DNA of 64,000 bases from an uncultured Acidimicrobiia bacterium (GTDB lineage Bacteria > Actinomycetota > Acidimicrobiia > Acidimicrobiales > JACDCH01): the NCBI GenBank assembly GCA_963821725.1, contig CAWGFA010000007.1, positions 71,914-135,913 on the forward strand, read 5' to 3'. The notes below the pieces were generated by a model. That model had not been told where the DNA came from. It saw only the letters and a program-made list of their open reading frames with translations, and made no database searches. Made by a program: the position numbers and the translations under genes. Shown in pieces: positions 9,798 to 21,084 of this stretch. How positions within the stretch are numbered: the first letter of the stretch is position 1; the number at the start of each line of letters is the position of its first letter.

Positions 9798-12067
9798 TCA
9801 GCCGCCGAGAAGACCGCACCGCCGGGCCTGTTCGATGGCGTCGTTGCGCGACGACACCGCCAGCTTCTGGTAGATCGAGATCGCCTGCGTCTTGACCGTG
9901 TTGCGCGACACGAACAGGCGCTCGCCGATCTCCGGGAAGGTCAGGTGTGTCGCGAGCAGGGGCAGCAACCGCAGCTCGGCGGTCGTGAGTGACGAGGCAC
10001 CCGGGACTCCAGGATGTATCGCATCGCACTTCGCCCGAAGCTCTTCGGCTCGGGACGCCACGAAGCCGAGGTCTGGTCGCTGCCGGACGATGTCGCGCAG
10101 GTCTCTGAGAACCGCACGGGCGCCGGCGGTGTCGGCGAGCGCTACGTAAGCCGCCGCCATCTCCAACAGAGTCTGAGCAGAAAGCGATGGCACCGCATAG
10201 GTCAACAGCGGCCGGAGCCGGGCAGCGATTGCAAGCTGCTCCTCCGCTCGTGGGATCTCACCGCGGTGCAGAAGCGTGCGCGCGTGGACGGCATACGACG
10301 AACGCCGTCGTCGCGTTGCCGATGACGTAGGTGCTGTCGAACATCGACAGCGCCTGCTCGGCGAAGCGCTCGGACTCGATCCAGTCATGGCGATCGGCGT
10401 GGATCGAGGCTCGCTCTGCCAGTGCGACCGTTGCGGCCAGGACCGCGCCGCAGTCGACGGCGACGTCATAGGCATGGGCGAAGATCGATTCCGCTCGATC
10501 GTCGTCGCCGTCCATCAGATCGGCGAGCGCCTCGAGGAGCAATGCGGTCGGACGCCACACGCTCGCCGGAGTCAACTTGTCGCGTGCCATCACTGCGTCG
10601 ACTCGCATCTGGTCGATTCCGTCGCGACACAGGAACGAGCGCAGTAGCGCGAGCCAGGCCTCGCTCGACTCACCACCGAGGCCGGGACCGCTGCTGTCAC
10701 CGGTCTCGGCGGCCGCGGCCCAGAACTCGGCTCGCCCCGGATGACCCAGCAACGCGCTCGAACAACGCCGCCTGCACCGAGATCGCCGGGTACTGGCCGA
10801 TGACGCCTCGGTGTTCGAACCAGTCGATCCAGTCTCGAACCGTCGACACCCGGCCCGTCGCATACACGGGTGTGAGGACGGTCGCCACGAGCCGCGCCGC
10901 TCGGTCGGTGTCATCCGCCCTCTGCCGTGTGTGCGATGGCGGCCTCCGTCCGTCCGTTCGCTTCACACCACGCCGACGCGCGCCGGTGCAACTCGGGAAC
11001 GAGGTCGGGCTCCCGCCGCTTGAGCTCGGCGCGAAGCATGTCGCGAAAGAGATTCTGGTAGCGGAACCACTCGCGTTGGCGGTCGAGCGCCACCACGAGA
11101 AGATTCGCATGCTCGAGCGACGCGAGCACCTCGGCGGAGCCTTCGGAGTCGAGCACGTGGTCGCACAAGGGACCGGTGAGCTCGTCGAGGATCGAGGTCC
11201 GCGTGAGGAACGTCATGGTCCGCTGGGGGAGTCGCTGGACCAGTTCGGACCGCAGGTAGTCAGCCATGAGGCGGTCGTCACCGCCGAAGAGGGCGTTCGA
11301 ACGCTGCTGGGTTCCGTCCTTGAGCGACAGCGCCGCCAGATAGAGGCCCACGGGCCAGCCTTCGGTCCGCTCGCACAGCTCCGCGATGCCGCCTTCGTCG
11401 AGCTCGACGCCCGCGCCCGACAGCAATGCGCGTGCCTCCGCAACATCCATAGCGAGGTCGGCGGCGCCGATCTCGAAGAGTTCACCTCTGCTTCGAAGCA
11501 CGGCCATCGGAAGCGGTGGATCGGTCCGGGACGCGATCACGAGCTGGGCGCCACGGGGCATGCCGACGGTCAGCTGCGCGAGCGCGTCGAGGCTGTCACG
11601 ATTCTGGAGCTGCTCGAGCTGATCGAGCACCAGCGCAGCCGGCCGTTGCATCGACGCCAATGCAGTTGTGAGGCGCGGGATCGTGTCCGCGGCGATCGAC
11701 AGACCCGGAAAGTCGAGCGTGCGGAAGATGCGCGGGTCGATGGGTTCGACCCGGTCGAGCGCGGCAGCTGCGTAGGTCAGGAAGACAGCCGGATCGTTGT
11801 CGCGCGCGTCGACGGAGACCCAGGCCACTCGCTGTGCGTCTCTCGGCCCACTGGCCGAGCAGCGTCGTCTTGCCCGCGCCCGGTGGCGCGATGACGGAGA
11901 CCACGCGAGCCTCGGGCGCAGCCATCAGTCGATCGACGAGTACGGTGCGTGCAACCGCACCAGAACGTGCGGGCGCGGGGGTGCAGCTTCGATTCGAACA
12001 ATTCGAACGTCGGCCCCCCTCGCGGCGGCGGAGCCGCTTCCTCGAGTCCCTGCAACTCGACCCCCAC
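9798..12067 (-). CDS. MalT-like (LAL/STAND) LuxR-family transcriptional regulator, several frameshifts
   Basis: ESKLHP, Walker A APPGAGKTTLL, AWVSVD..DNDP, RTEGWPVGLYLA, WFRY..LF, C-terminal HTH LTTAELRLL..LTFPEIGERLFVSRNTVKTQAISIYQKL, across ORFs in different frames. Confidence 0.88.
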
Positions 12068-12087
12068 TCTGAACGCCCGTCGGGAAG

Positions 12088-12459
12088 CTATTGCAGCAAC
12101 TCACCCCGTGCCAAGGCGGGCCCGTCGTTTTCGGCTGGATAACCGAGCGCCTCCGCCAGCACCGGCGCCGCTACCGTCACCTGCGCCGAACCGATGACCG
12201 GAATCACGGCGACCAGCACGTCGACGATTTCGTCCTCCGAGGCACCGGCTGCGAGCGCGGCGCCGACACTCCACTGATAGGTCGTCGAACGGGAGTCGAG
12301 CGCGACGACCGCAGCGAGTCGAGCGAGTGCGGTCGTCTTCGCGTCGAGCTCGACACAATCGCCGTCGAGAATCGAATCGCCGAGCAGCGATCGCACGGTG
12401 GAATCGTCGTTGATCGCGAGACGTCGCAGGAACTCCTCGTGCGGGCAGATGGTCGCCAT
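12088..12459 (-). CDS. carboxymuconolactone decarboxylase family protein
   Basis: EEFLRRLAIND...LDAKTTALARLAAVVALD...YQWSVGAALAAGASEDEIVDVLVAV.PVIG. Confidence 0.8.
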   Translation of the reverse strand: MATICPHEEFLRRLAINDDSTVRSLLGDSILDGDCVELDAKTTALARLAAVVALDSRSTTYQWSVGAALAAGASEDEIVDVLVAVIPVIGSAQVTVAAPVLAEALGYPAENDGPALARGELLQ

Positions 12460-12531
12460 GGGAGTCACCTCGCTGGACGCGTCGAGACCGAGATGGATCG
12501 CGTCAAGTAGGTGTCCGAACGCCAGGAACAC

Positions 12532-12551
12532 GCATCATCCGGATCGGATGA
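12532..12551. promoter_or_regulatory. palindromic operator TCATCC-N5-GGATGA (copy 2)
   Basis: GCATCATCCGGATCGGATGA upstream of the CMD-LuxR genes. Confidence 0.7.
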
Positions 12552-12569
12552 CCCACACCGAGTGGGCGG

Positions 12570-14118
12570 TCAGCCGTGGTTCGTGTACCCCGGGCGGATG
12601 CCGAGCGCGGCGAGGTTCGATTGCGACGGGTGAACCTGGGCGGCGGGGCCCGCGGCGAACGCGGTGAGCACGTTCGTCATCGCCCGTCGCATCGCACAGT
12701 CCTCGGGAGTTGCCTGGTTGTCCTGCGGGCACGGCGCGCCGAGGTGCGGTTCCCACCCGAAGGTCCCCGTGGCGAACACGCCCGCGCCACTCGGTGCCGT
12801 GTAGTAGGTCATGTCGGAGAAGCTGTGGCGGCCGTGGCACACGACCGGCGAGTGCGCGACGACTTCGATGTCGGCCGGCGTGGGTACCTCGGGGGTGACC
12901 CGGTCGTACTCGTTGCCGACGACGTGGGGCAGCTGAACGCCGTTCGTCCAGCCCGATCCAGCGAAGATCCACGACGACGCCTCGGCGATCACCATGGGCG
13001 CGTCGACGGGGTTGCACTCGTAGTAGTCCCCGATCATCGAGCTCTCGGGTCGCGCGTCCGGTGGATCGCGCCAACTGGTGGTCACCTGCGCGTTGTCCTT
13101 GCCGTAGAGCGGATCGTCGCTGGCGACTCGATAGTTCACCTCGTGGCGCTGGGCACCGACGTCCGACGGCTCGAGGCGTATCCGGCGGAAGCTGGCATTG
13201 GCGCCCATGAAGATGAGATTGACGCCGCGGTCGCGGGCCGCTTCGACACCGTCGCGGATCGACTTCGTCCAGTACTCGTCGTGTGTGGGCGCGACGAACG
13301 CGCGGTGATTGAGCAAGAGCTCTGGATGACTGTCGACATCGATGTCCGTGGTGTAGGAGACATCGAGGCCCATCGCCTCGACCATCCAGATGAAGTGATC
13401 TTCGCGTCCGAAGAGCTCGCCGGTGCCGTTCCCGTCGTACGGGCGGTCGAAGCTGACGACGCGGGAGCGCAGGCGCGCGTCCGCATTGGGGCCACCGCTG
13501 TAGAGGTTGGCGCCACCCCATCCGTTGTATGCCTGCCACGTCGTGACTCCGCTCGAGATGAGCACGTCGCTGTGACTGGCGTCGTCGCGCACCGTGAGAG
13601 GAACCATCGACTGCCCGCCGTCTGCGCTCATCAGCTTGAGCACGTACATGCCCGGCGTCCAGTCCTGGCCCACCACGATCTCCGTCGACTTCTGCCATGG
13701 CGCGTCTCGCATGCCGGTTGCAGGATCGACGCGCGCCGGCGCCTGCTTCACTCCCGGGACCTCGTCGCCACGCCACACCACCCTGCCGCCGACACCGCCG
13801 TACCAACCCAAGCGCACGGCCTCCACGTGGAAGGTCGGCGCGCCGGTCGAGACGTACAGCCCCACCGAATCGCCGCGCTGCGCGCTGACGTGGTCGGCCC
13901 AACCCGACACCTTCGCCCAGACGGCTGCCTCGTCCGGCACCGGCCAGCCCGGCGTACCGGGCTTTGCGTTCTCGGCCACGATCGGGTTCGGAGGCGTCGA
14001 GGTGCTGGTCGGTGCGAGCGAGTTCGGTTCCTGCCCGTCGACCTGATGACGGACGGTGCGCGCCGAGAACCGATCGACGACGAGGATGATCGCGATGGGG
14101 TGCCAGCACCGCGCACAT
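12570..14118 (-). CDS. secreted N,N-dimethylformamidase beta-subunit-like (DUF6605-type) protein, N-terminal frameshift
   Basis: AENAKPG, TWQAYNGWGGANLY, VSFDRPY, HDEYW, GVNLIFMGAN, VGNEYDR, GAGVFATGT. Hydrophobic N-terminus in another frame. Confidence 0.8.
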
Positions 14119-14353
14119 CGCGAGACCGATCCATCGCTTCGTCGTCGACCGTCGGCTCGAGGCGCCGCGGTGCGTCACGGCAATCAGCGTGGCAGAGACA
14201 CCAGCGGAATGGAACTCGAGCCGGAGCACGGAGATCTTGGGTTCGGCTCGGCAAATCTGGGTACGTTTTCGAGGATGGCGGGGAGAGAGCCTGGAGCCAG
14301 CGGCATCCGTGCCGCTGGAATGGCGAACGTTCTTGCGCAATGTCCAGACCCGG

Positions 14354-15055
14354 ATGCCGAGCGCGCTTCAAGAGCGACGCCTCGACGTCCAGCAGTGGTC
14401 GTACCGAGCACGGCGACGCCCGCACGAGAGTGAGTTCGTCGGGCTGCGGGATCTGCTGCCGCCCGATGCGACGTGCATCGACGGCGGCGCGAACCGAGGG
14501 CAGTCGATCGACTCGATTTGCACCGTCATGGGTCAGTCAGTGCGGATCACCGCGTTCGAGCCGCAGAGGACGCTGGCGTGGCGACTGATGCGCCGGTATC
14601 AGCACACGCCGGACGTGAAGATCGTGCGAGCCGGCATCGGCGACACGCGCGGAGAGATGACGCTCTACGTGCCGTCGTACCGGGGTTACCGGTTCGACGG
14701 GCTCGCGTCCACCGACGAAGCGGCAGCGACGGACTGGCTGCGATACTCGATGTGGCATTTCGATCCGTCGCTCGTGAAGGTCGCGTCGGAGCAGGTGCGG
14801 ATCGTGCGGCTCGACGATGTCGAATGGCCCGATCCGGTTCACTTCATCAAGCTCGACGTGCAGCGAATGGAACTGCCCGCGCTGCACGGAGCGAAGGACC
14901 TCTTGAGGCGGGACAAGCCCGTCCTGATGATCGAGGCGCCGGACGAGCCGATCGTCTCGTTCCTCGCCGGTCTGGGTTACACGCCGTGGTACTTCGTCGA
15001 CGGCAAGCTCACGCCGGTCCCGTGCTGGTCGCTGAACGTCCTGTTCGTCGCCTGA
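14354..15055 (+). CDS. FkbM family methyltransferase
   Basis: IDGGANRGQ, AFEPQ, RLDD..FIKLDVQ.ME...L.GA. Confidence 0.88.
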   Translation: MPSALQERRLDVQQWSYRARRRPHESEFVGLRDLLPPDATCIDGGANRGQSIDSICTVMGQSVRITAFEPQRTLAWRLMRRYQHTPDVKIVRAGIGDTRGEMTLYVPSYRGYRFDGLASTDEAAATDWLRYSMWHFDPSLVKVASEQVRIVRLDDVEWPDPVHFIKLDVQRMELPALHGAKDLLRRDKPVLMIEAPDEPIVSFLAGLGYTPWYFVDGKLTPVPCWSLNVLFVA

Positions 15056-15125
15056 GCGCGTACTCGTCCCGGCGCGCGACTCGGTTACAGCCTCGCCGGC
15101 GTCGTCCGTGTCGTGCGCCCGTCTC

Positions 15126-15581
15126 CTACCCCAACCAGATCTCTGTCGGGAGTTGCACGGACAGTCGCAGGCTCGACAGCCACAGATCAGGGCTGGCGGT
15201 TTGCAAGAGCACGGCGACGATGTCTCGCAGCGAGACCACACCTTCGCGGCCGTCCGAGAACTCGATGATCAGATGGCGGATCTCCTCATTGAGCATGACT
15301 GCCGCCGCGTCGACCAGCGCGAGGTCGGCGGCGACCCGAATGGGGTGGCGAGACGACACGGCGAGAACAGGCGCTTCAGTGGACAGCCCGGCAGCAAGCG
15401 CCCGGGTGAGATCGCGTTCGGTGGCGATAGCACCGTGCATGCCGACGAGCACGGACGACACGTTGGCGTCGCGCATGACCCTTGCCACTTCGGCGAGCGT
15501 GGCATCGTCCTCGACCCGGACCGGCTCTCGGCTGACCAGTCGACCGATGTGAGATCTCGCGTCCACTACTCGTGTTGTCAT
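15126..15581 (-). CDS. CBS domain pair protein
   Basis: EVARVMRDANVSSVLV..IATERDL...M.NEEIRHL..GVVSLRDIV. Confidence 0.85.
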   Translation of the reverse strand: MTTRVVDARSHIGRLVSREPVRVEDDATLAEVARVMRDANVSSVLVGMHGAIATERDLTRALAAGLSTEAPVLAVSSRHPIRVAADLALVDAAAVMLNEEIRHLIIEFSDGREGVVSLRDIVAVLLQTASPDLWLSSLRLSVQLPTEIWLG

Positions 15582-15694
15582 GCGATCATTCAGCGCTCGA
15601 CAAGGCGAACAGCGGTAGGGGCCAATGGCCCTAGATCGGCCGAGACGCCGACCGTCCCAGCGGATGGCCACGGCGAATACGCGACACTCGGCTG

Positions 15695-16078
15695 ATGAAC
15701 CCGTCGACCTTGGCGCCGGATCGGCTGAAGCGGTTGCGGGCGATCTGTCTCGCATTCCCGGAGACTGCGGAGCGGGTCAGCTTCGGTGACCCCAACTGGA
15801 CGGTGAACGGCAAGGGCTTTGCCGCGCAGAAGGGCAACTACGACGGCGGTCGACCCAGTGTGTGGTTCAAGCCCGCGCCGGGTGAGCAACGGATGCTGGT
15901 CGCCGCTGTCCCGGCACGGTTCTTCATCCCGCCATACGTCGGTGGCAAGGGCTGGTTGGCCATGTACCTCGACGAGCGCAAGGTCGATTGGGCCGAGGTC
16001 GCCGAGCTCATGGAGGACAGCTATCGCCAGATGGCACCGAAGCGAGCCCTGAAGGTCCTCGACGCGCAGACACGCTGA
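15695..16078 (+). CDS. MmcQ/YjbR family protein
   Basis: LRAICLAFPET.E..SFGDPNW.V.GK.FA...FFIPPYVGGKGW...DWAEVAELMEDSYR. Confidence 0.88.
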   Translation: MNPSTLAPDRLKRLRAICLAFPETAERVSFGDPNWTVNGKGFAAQKGNYDGGRPSVWFKPAPGEQRMLVAAVPARFFIPPYVGGKGWLAMYLDERKVDWAEVAELMEDSYRQMAPKRALKVLDAQTR

Positions 16079-16125
16079 GAGGGCGCGCTGTATGGGCGCA
16101 AGGAGAGAAGGGAAGGTGCCTCCTG

Positions 16126-16846
16126 GTGGATGTTCAGCGAACCGGCCGCATCTTCGGGTGGCTGTTCATCGGCACATTCGTGACGAGCATCCCGGCGCGA
16201 CTGCTCTTCGTTCACGGACTCGGCGCGAGCTGGTCCGACATGCGCTTCATCCCCGGGGCCACATCCACGACGAGCCTCAAGCTCGGCGCGGTCCTCGAGT
16301 TCGGACTGATCGTCACCCAAATCGGAACCGCAGTCGTCATCTACCCGCTCGTCAGACGGCAGAGCGAAACCGTGTCGCTCGGATACGTCACCGCTCGCAT
16401 CATGGAGTCGGTCTTCGCCGCGATCGGCCTCATCAGCATCATCTCGGTGGTGAACGTGGCGGACTCGTTGGCGTCAGCTACCGGCGTCCAGGCCACGGCA
16501 CTAGCTGCCTCAGGCGATTCGCTGGTGAATACCTACGAATGGGCGTTCCAGTGGGGACCCGGACTCGTCGCGGGAATCGGGAACGGCTTGCTGCTGGGCT
16601 ACTTGATGTACCGATCGGCACTCGTTCCGCCTCGCATGGCGTTATTGGGTCTCATCGGTGGCCCCTTGCTGATCCTTTCCTTCGTGCTGATCCTGTGCGG
16701 TGTGTACGAGAACGGTTCGGGCACTCTCTGGCCTGCTGACGCTGCCGGAGGCCGCGTGGGAGCTGTCGCTCGGCATCTATGCAGCGTGGAAGGGGTTCAG
16801 GCCGGAGAGCCCGATCGCCAGACCAGAGATGGCGATGGCTGACTGA
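16126..16846 (+). CDS. DUF4386-like membrane protein (C-terminal frameshift)
   Basis: GRIFGWLFIGTFVTSIPA..IGTAVVIYP..LGYVTARIMES..LLGYLMYRSALVPP.MA.LGLIGGP. Confidence 0.8.
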
Positions 16847-16860
16847 GGCGGTCGCCGCGC

Positions 16861-17751
16861 TCAGTTGCCGTAGTGGCGATGCTCTTCGAGGTCGGGGATG
16901 AGTCCGGGGTTCGCCGGGCGCCATCCCAGGAGTTGTTGGGTGAGCACGCTCGACGTCGGGTTGTCCAGCGGGACGACGAGCGACAAGAAGCCGAAATGTT
17001 CGCTTGCTTCCTCGGTAGTGATGCTGACGACGGGAAGGTCGAGGCGGCGACCGATGACAGCCGCGATGTCGCGAAGCGCGATGCCCTCATCGCCGACACC
17101 GTGCAGTCGTGAGCCCGCTGGGGCTGCTTCGAGAGCCAGTCGGAACAGCCTCGCGGCGTCGAGGCGATGTACGCCTGGCCACCGGTTCGCCCCGTCGCCC
17201 ACGAACGCCGATACGCCCTTCTCGCGCGCAGTATCGATGAGGCTTGTGGCCAAGCCCGCCTTGCTTTCGTCGTGCACGCACGGTGCGAGCCGCACGACCG
17301 AGGACCGCACGCCGCGCCGCGCCAACGCGATCGTCGCGTGCTCCGACGCGACTCGAGGTAATGCGAGGTCGGGCACGTCGTCTTCGGTTCCGATCCCTGG
17401 CGTGAACGCAAGCGCGAGCGTCCCTGATGTCACGACGAAGGGCTTGTCGGACCCCTCGAGCGCTGCGCCCATCGTCTCGACGGCGCGCAAGTCGGCCGCG
17501 CTCGCAGCGGCGTAGTCCGAAAAGCTGTTGTCGAACGCGAGGTGGACGATGCCGTCGGCGGTCGCGGCACCATCGCGCAGGCTGTCGAGGTCATCGACGG
17601 CTCCACGGTGCACCTCGACACCGGCAGCCGACAACGTTGCGGCGGCGTCATCCGACCGGGCCAGGCCGACGACCTCATGATCTGAATCGAGCAGTTCGCG
17701 GACGACGGCGGAGCCGATGAACCCGGACGCGCCGGTGACGAACACACGCAT
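16861..17751 (-). CDS. atypical SDR / NAD-dependent epimerase-dehydratase
   Basis: MRVFVTGASGFIGSAVV, HLAF, GDGANRWPGVHRLDAARLF. Confidence 0.9.
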   Translation of the reverse strand: MRVFVTGASGFIGSAVVRELLDSDHEVVGLARSDDAAATLSAAGVEVHRGAVDDLDSLRDGAATADGIVHLAFDNSFSDYAAASAADLRAVETMGAALEGSDKPFVVTSGTLALAFTPGIGTEDDVPDLALPRVASEHATIALARRGVRSSVVRLAPCVHDESKAGLATSLIDTAREKGVSAFVGDGANRWPGVHRLDAARLFRLALEAAPAGSRLHGVGDEGIALRDIAAVIGRRLDLPVVSITTEEASEHFGFLSLVVPLDNPTSSVLTQQLLGWRPANPGLIPDLEEHRHYGN

Positions 17752-17931
17752 GAGACGTCCTTCCTGAACGGAGAGCCGGGCTACTCCCGCTCCAGGATGC
17801 AACAAGTCACCGGAGGATGACGAAGACGCGCGCAGTTTCGCCGCGCCATGCCCTTACGCACCTCAGAGGAGGTGGACCTTGGCTCCGCACACCACTCACT
17901 GTCGCAACGCAACCGGGCGCGCGGTGGATCC

Positions 17932-18509
17932 TCAGACCAGAGGGCTCTTTTTCGCCCGAAGAAGGATCTGGTACTCGCCCAGCTCGATCGCTGCGACTGC
18001 GAAGCCGGCGTCGCGCAATCGATCTCCAACCGTTGCGGGGTCGAGCGGGATGAATGTTTCGCCTTCGTCCTCATGCCGCGACCGGACCACGTCCTGGTCG
18101 AGCGCGTCGGCGACGAGGAATGCGCCGCCAGGACGCAGCACTCGGCACACCTCGGCGAAGAGACAGTCCTGCAGCTCACGAGTCGGCATGTGGTGAAGCA
18201 CATGGAAGCAAGTGACCGACGAAATCGGTCCGCCCGCAGGCCGGTATCGGTTCCATCGCCTTGCAGGACCTCGACATTGCTGCCGGTCAGGCGGGCTGCC
18301 AGCGCACCCGCCAACGAGGCGTCCAACTCCAAGGCGGTGACGTGCGCCGCCCGTTCGCGAAGCAGGTCTGTCGTTCGCCCAGGCCCGGGGCCGATCTCGA
18401 GGACGTCGTCACCGAGATCGCCGTTGTCGGTGAGCCAGGGCAGCAGGTCCGCTCGCAGCATCTGCGCCCATGTGTCGCTCGCGAGGAACGCCAAATGCCC
18501 CGCTTTCAT
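17932..18509 (-). CDS. class I SAM-dependent methyltransferase (frameshift near 18220)
   Basis: VLEIGPGPG.TT, GDGT, then MLHHMPT...EVCRVLRPGG in the next frame. Confidence 0.82.
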
Positions 18510-18693
18510 CGCCACGAACTCGGAGTGCTCGCTTCGCCAGGCACTGTTGCGGCTGATCGACGGCACCGCGCCATTCAAGCCCTTCGGCGTTCACTCCGTC
18601 GGGCGAAGTGATCGACTTCTCAGACGACCTACCATCACGTCGTGCATGCGCTGGTGTTTGCCAGCCATCGATGCGCACTGGCAGGGTCCGTAG

Positions 18694-19476
18694 GTGGCGC
18701 TCCCGCGATATCAAGGCAAGGAAACGTTGCCTGCGTCGTATACACCGTCGGTCTTCTTGGACGCGCTCCGTGCAAGCGGCTGGGAGCCCGGTGTCGTTCC
18801 CGCCACGGTGATCTACACCTACGCCCGGTTCGAGCTGTACCTCGCCACCCAACCCAACACCTACACGCCGAACCACATGCTGGGAACCGGTCCGGGACGG
18901 TTCTTTCTCGTCGATCGCACTGACGGCACGGTGGGCATCAACTGCATGGGCACCGGTCCGTCGGCCACCGCCGCGCAGCTCGAGTTGCAGGCGGAATTGG
19001 GCGTTCGCCGCGCCCTGATCGTCGGAACCGCCGGCGGGTTGCATCCGAACCAGCAGCCGGGCGACGTCGTCGTGCCCTCGGAGGCCGTGCGGACCGACGG
19101 CACCAGCGACCACTACGCCCCCGCCGATGTCCCCGCCAGGCCGGACGAGGCGCTGGCCGGACGGCTCGACGAGTTCCTACGGTCGCGTGGTCTGGACACC
19201 TCGACGGCACCGTGCTGGACCACCGCGGCGCCGTTCCGCACGACCACCGAGGAGGTCGAGTTCTACGCGCGTCACGGCGTGCGGGCAGTCGAGGAAGAGG
19301 CCGCCGCACTGTTTGTCGTCGCCCAGGCCTGTGGCGTGCAGGCTGCGGCCGCGTTGGTCATCGACGGGATACCCACCCCGGACGGCCGCTGGGATGTCGA
19401 CCTTCGTACCGCGCAAACAGGACTTCAGCGCGTCTTCGCCGACACCATCGACTTCGCCGGGGCGCTCGATCGCTAA
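18694..19476 (+). CDS. nucleoside phosphorylase (PNP/UDP family)
   Basis: G.GPSATA..LE, VGTAGGL, AVRTDGTSDHY, WTT.APFR.T, AVEEEAAALF. Confidence 0.85.
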   Translation: MALPRYQGKETLPASYTPSVFLDALRASGWEPGVVPATVIYTYARFELYLATQPNTYTPNHMLGTGPGRFFLVDRTDGTVGINCMGTGPSATAAQLELQAELGVRRALIVGTAGGLHPNQQPGDVVVPSEAVRTDGTSDHYAPADVPARPDEALAGRLDEFLRSRGLDTSTAPCWTTAAPFRTTTEEVEFYARHGVRAVEEEAAALFVVAQACGVQAAAALVIDGIPTPDGRWDVDLRTAQTGLQRVFADTIDFAGALDR

Positions 19477-19545
19477 CGGGCCAGCAGCCGCATCGCGTGC
19501 CGCGGCAGTGCCGCGCCGCACGCACGGATCGATTCGACGACCGCG

Positions 19546-21084
19546 TCACCCGGCAATGCGTGTGGGTTGTGCGTATGCGAGCAGCGCGTCGCGGTCTGGC
19601 GCGAGCACATAGCCGGCCGCGATCGCGTGGTCGGCGTCGGCGTTGTATCGCTGGACGTAGTCAGCGCGGGACGGGTAGAGCTGTGCGAGTCGTTCGGGGG
19701 GCAACGGCTTGGTTGAACCGCTGAGCACACAGATCGTCGACGCATCAGGCGCGACCACGCCCGAGAGCACGTCGACCGGCACGTCGACCGGTGGTGTGCG
19801 GATACCGCCGACCACGATGCCGTCGGCGTCTCGCTGCACTTGTGGTTTCGCGTCCGCGGTGATCTCGTAGCGCGGCGCGCTCGGCGGCGGTGTGCCGGAG
19901 CGCACCCAGTCGACGAGTGCGTGCAGCGCCGCTTTGGCGACGACATGCATGGGGCCGTTGTTCACCGGCAGGCCGCAATCGAGTTGGTCGGCGATACCGC
20001 CCAACAGGTGGGCGTCAGCGTGCGCGGTACCAGCGACCTCCCACAACCTGAAGTACGCATCATCGGGCTGGCGAGCCGCGAGCGATCCGAGCAGCCCGGT
20101 ATCGCTCTCGGTCTGCGCATCGAGGATCGGGACGTTCTGATCGGTGCGGAAGATGGCAGGGCTACCACCCAGCGCATCAGCAATGCCCGCAGGTTGACCG
20201 GGCGCGGCCAACGGAAGACCGCTCGCGCCGCGACTGTGCACGAAATACCCGTCGAACGCCCGGGTCAGCGGCGCGACGCCATTGATGTACGTCACCAGAG
20301 CGAACGCCGACTGCGATTCTCCGGCGGCGATGAGGCGCTGCGGCTGCAAGCCACCGAGCGGCGCACCACCTTGGCGGAGGGCGCGCGCGACCTGGGTGTA
20401 GATGTCGAACGAGTACCCGTCACCGGGATGCTGCAGCGTGCCGTACCGAGCCGGGTCGATGTTGACGAGGCCTTTTCCTGCGAGATCCGACCCGCCCGGC
20501 GCCTTGACGAGCACCGGGCCGCCCATCACACCGATGAGTTGCGCGGAGACACCGACCCACACATCGCCGGCGCGCGTGATCTCCTCCTGCAGGGTGTCGT
20601 AGTCAGGTCCGGCATCGACACCGCCGCTGACATTGAGCCATTCGACGATCACCGTGCCGCTGAAGCGCGCCGGGTCCGACGGGCGCCGCACCACAACGCG
20701 CGTCCGATACGGCGCCGAACTGTCCGGCACGAAGTTCCACCTGCCATCGGAAGACAAGGCGCCGTCGGCGCGGTACGAGGTCGCCGTTCCCGATGCGACG
20801 TACTCGCCGACGTCGTAGCCGGCGGGCGCCGGCCCGTACCCCGTCGGAGCGGTTCCCCCTGGAAGGAACACACCGTTGCCGCCCTTCAGCTCTTCGGAGA
20901 GATCGGCCGCGGGGCCAGCAGGACGGTCAACCGGCGCGGCGGCAGCAGCGGCAGCAGACGACGACGACGACAACGACGACGACGACGACGCGTTACCGGC
21001 ACTCGTGCTGTGATCGCTCGAGCACGCGCCGACCCCCAGGGCGGCGACCACCATCATGGTCACAACGTAACGGGCCCTCACCAT
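19546..21084 (-). CDS. alpha/beta hydrolase domain lipoprotein
   Basis: Lipobox LGVGAC, Ser/Ala linker, YRTRVVVRRP..FSGTVIVEWLNVSGG, nucleophile GESQSA, WEVAGTAHAD. Confidence 0.87.
   Translation of the reverse strand: MVRARYVVTMMVVAALGVGACSSDHSTSAGNASSSSSLSSSSSAAAAAAAPVDRPAGPAADLSEELKGGNGVFLPGGTAPTGYGPAPAGYDVGEYVASGTATSYRADGALSSDGRWNFVPDSSAPYRTRVVVRRPSDPARFSGTVIVEWLNVSGGVDAGPDYDTLQEEITRAGDVWVGVSAQLIGVMGGPVLVKAPGGSDLAGKGLVNIDPARYGTLQHPGDGYSFDIYTQVARALRQGGAPLGGLQPQRLIAAGESQSAFALVTYINGVAPLTRAFDGYFVHSRGASGLPLAAPGQPAGIADALGGSPAIFRTDQNVPILDAQTESDTGLLGSLAARQPDDAYFRLWEVAGTAHADAHLLGGIADQLDCGLPVNNGPMHVVAKAALHALVDWVRSGTPPPSAPRYEITADAKPQVQRDADGIVVGGIRTPPVDVPVDVLSGVVAPDASTICVLSGSTKPLPPERLAQLYPSRADYVQRYNADADHAIAAGYVLAPDRDALLAYAQPTRIAG

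Noticed and set aside
12576-14588. Long antisense or alternate-frame ORFs (this one, 45357..47081, 32969..34672, 35054..36682 and others)
   Set aside because: Shadow ORFs typical of high-GC DNA. They are Arg/Ala/Pro-rich, lack motifs and lie opposite well-supported genes.
4872-18509. Calling singly frameshifted genes (rpiR, ThDP enzyme, LuxR, methyltransferase) pseudogenes or programmed frameshifts
   Set aside because: Scattered single-base indels with full motif conservation and no slippery-site pattern fit sequencing error better.
20930-21000. GAC/GCA trinucleotide runs
   Set aside because: They encode an ordinary Ser/Ala lipoprotein linker.
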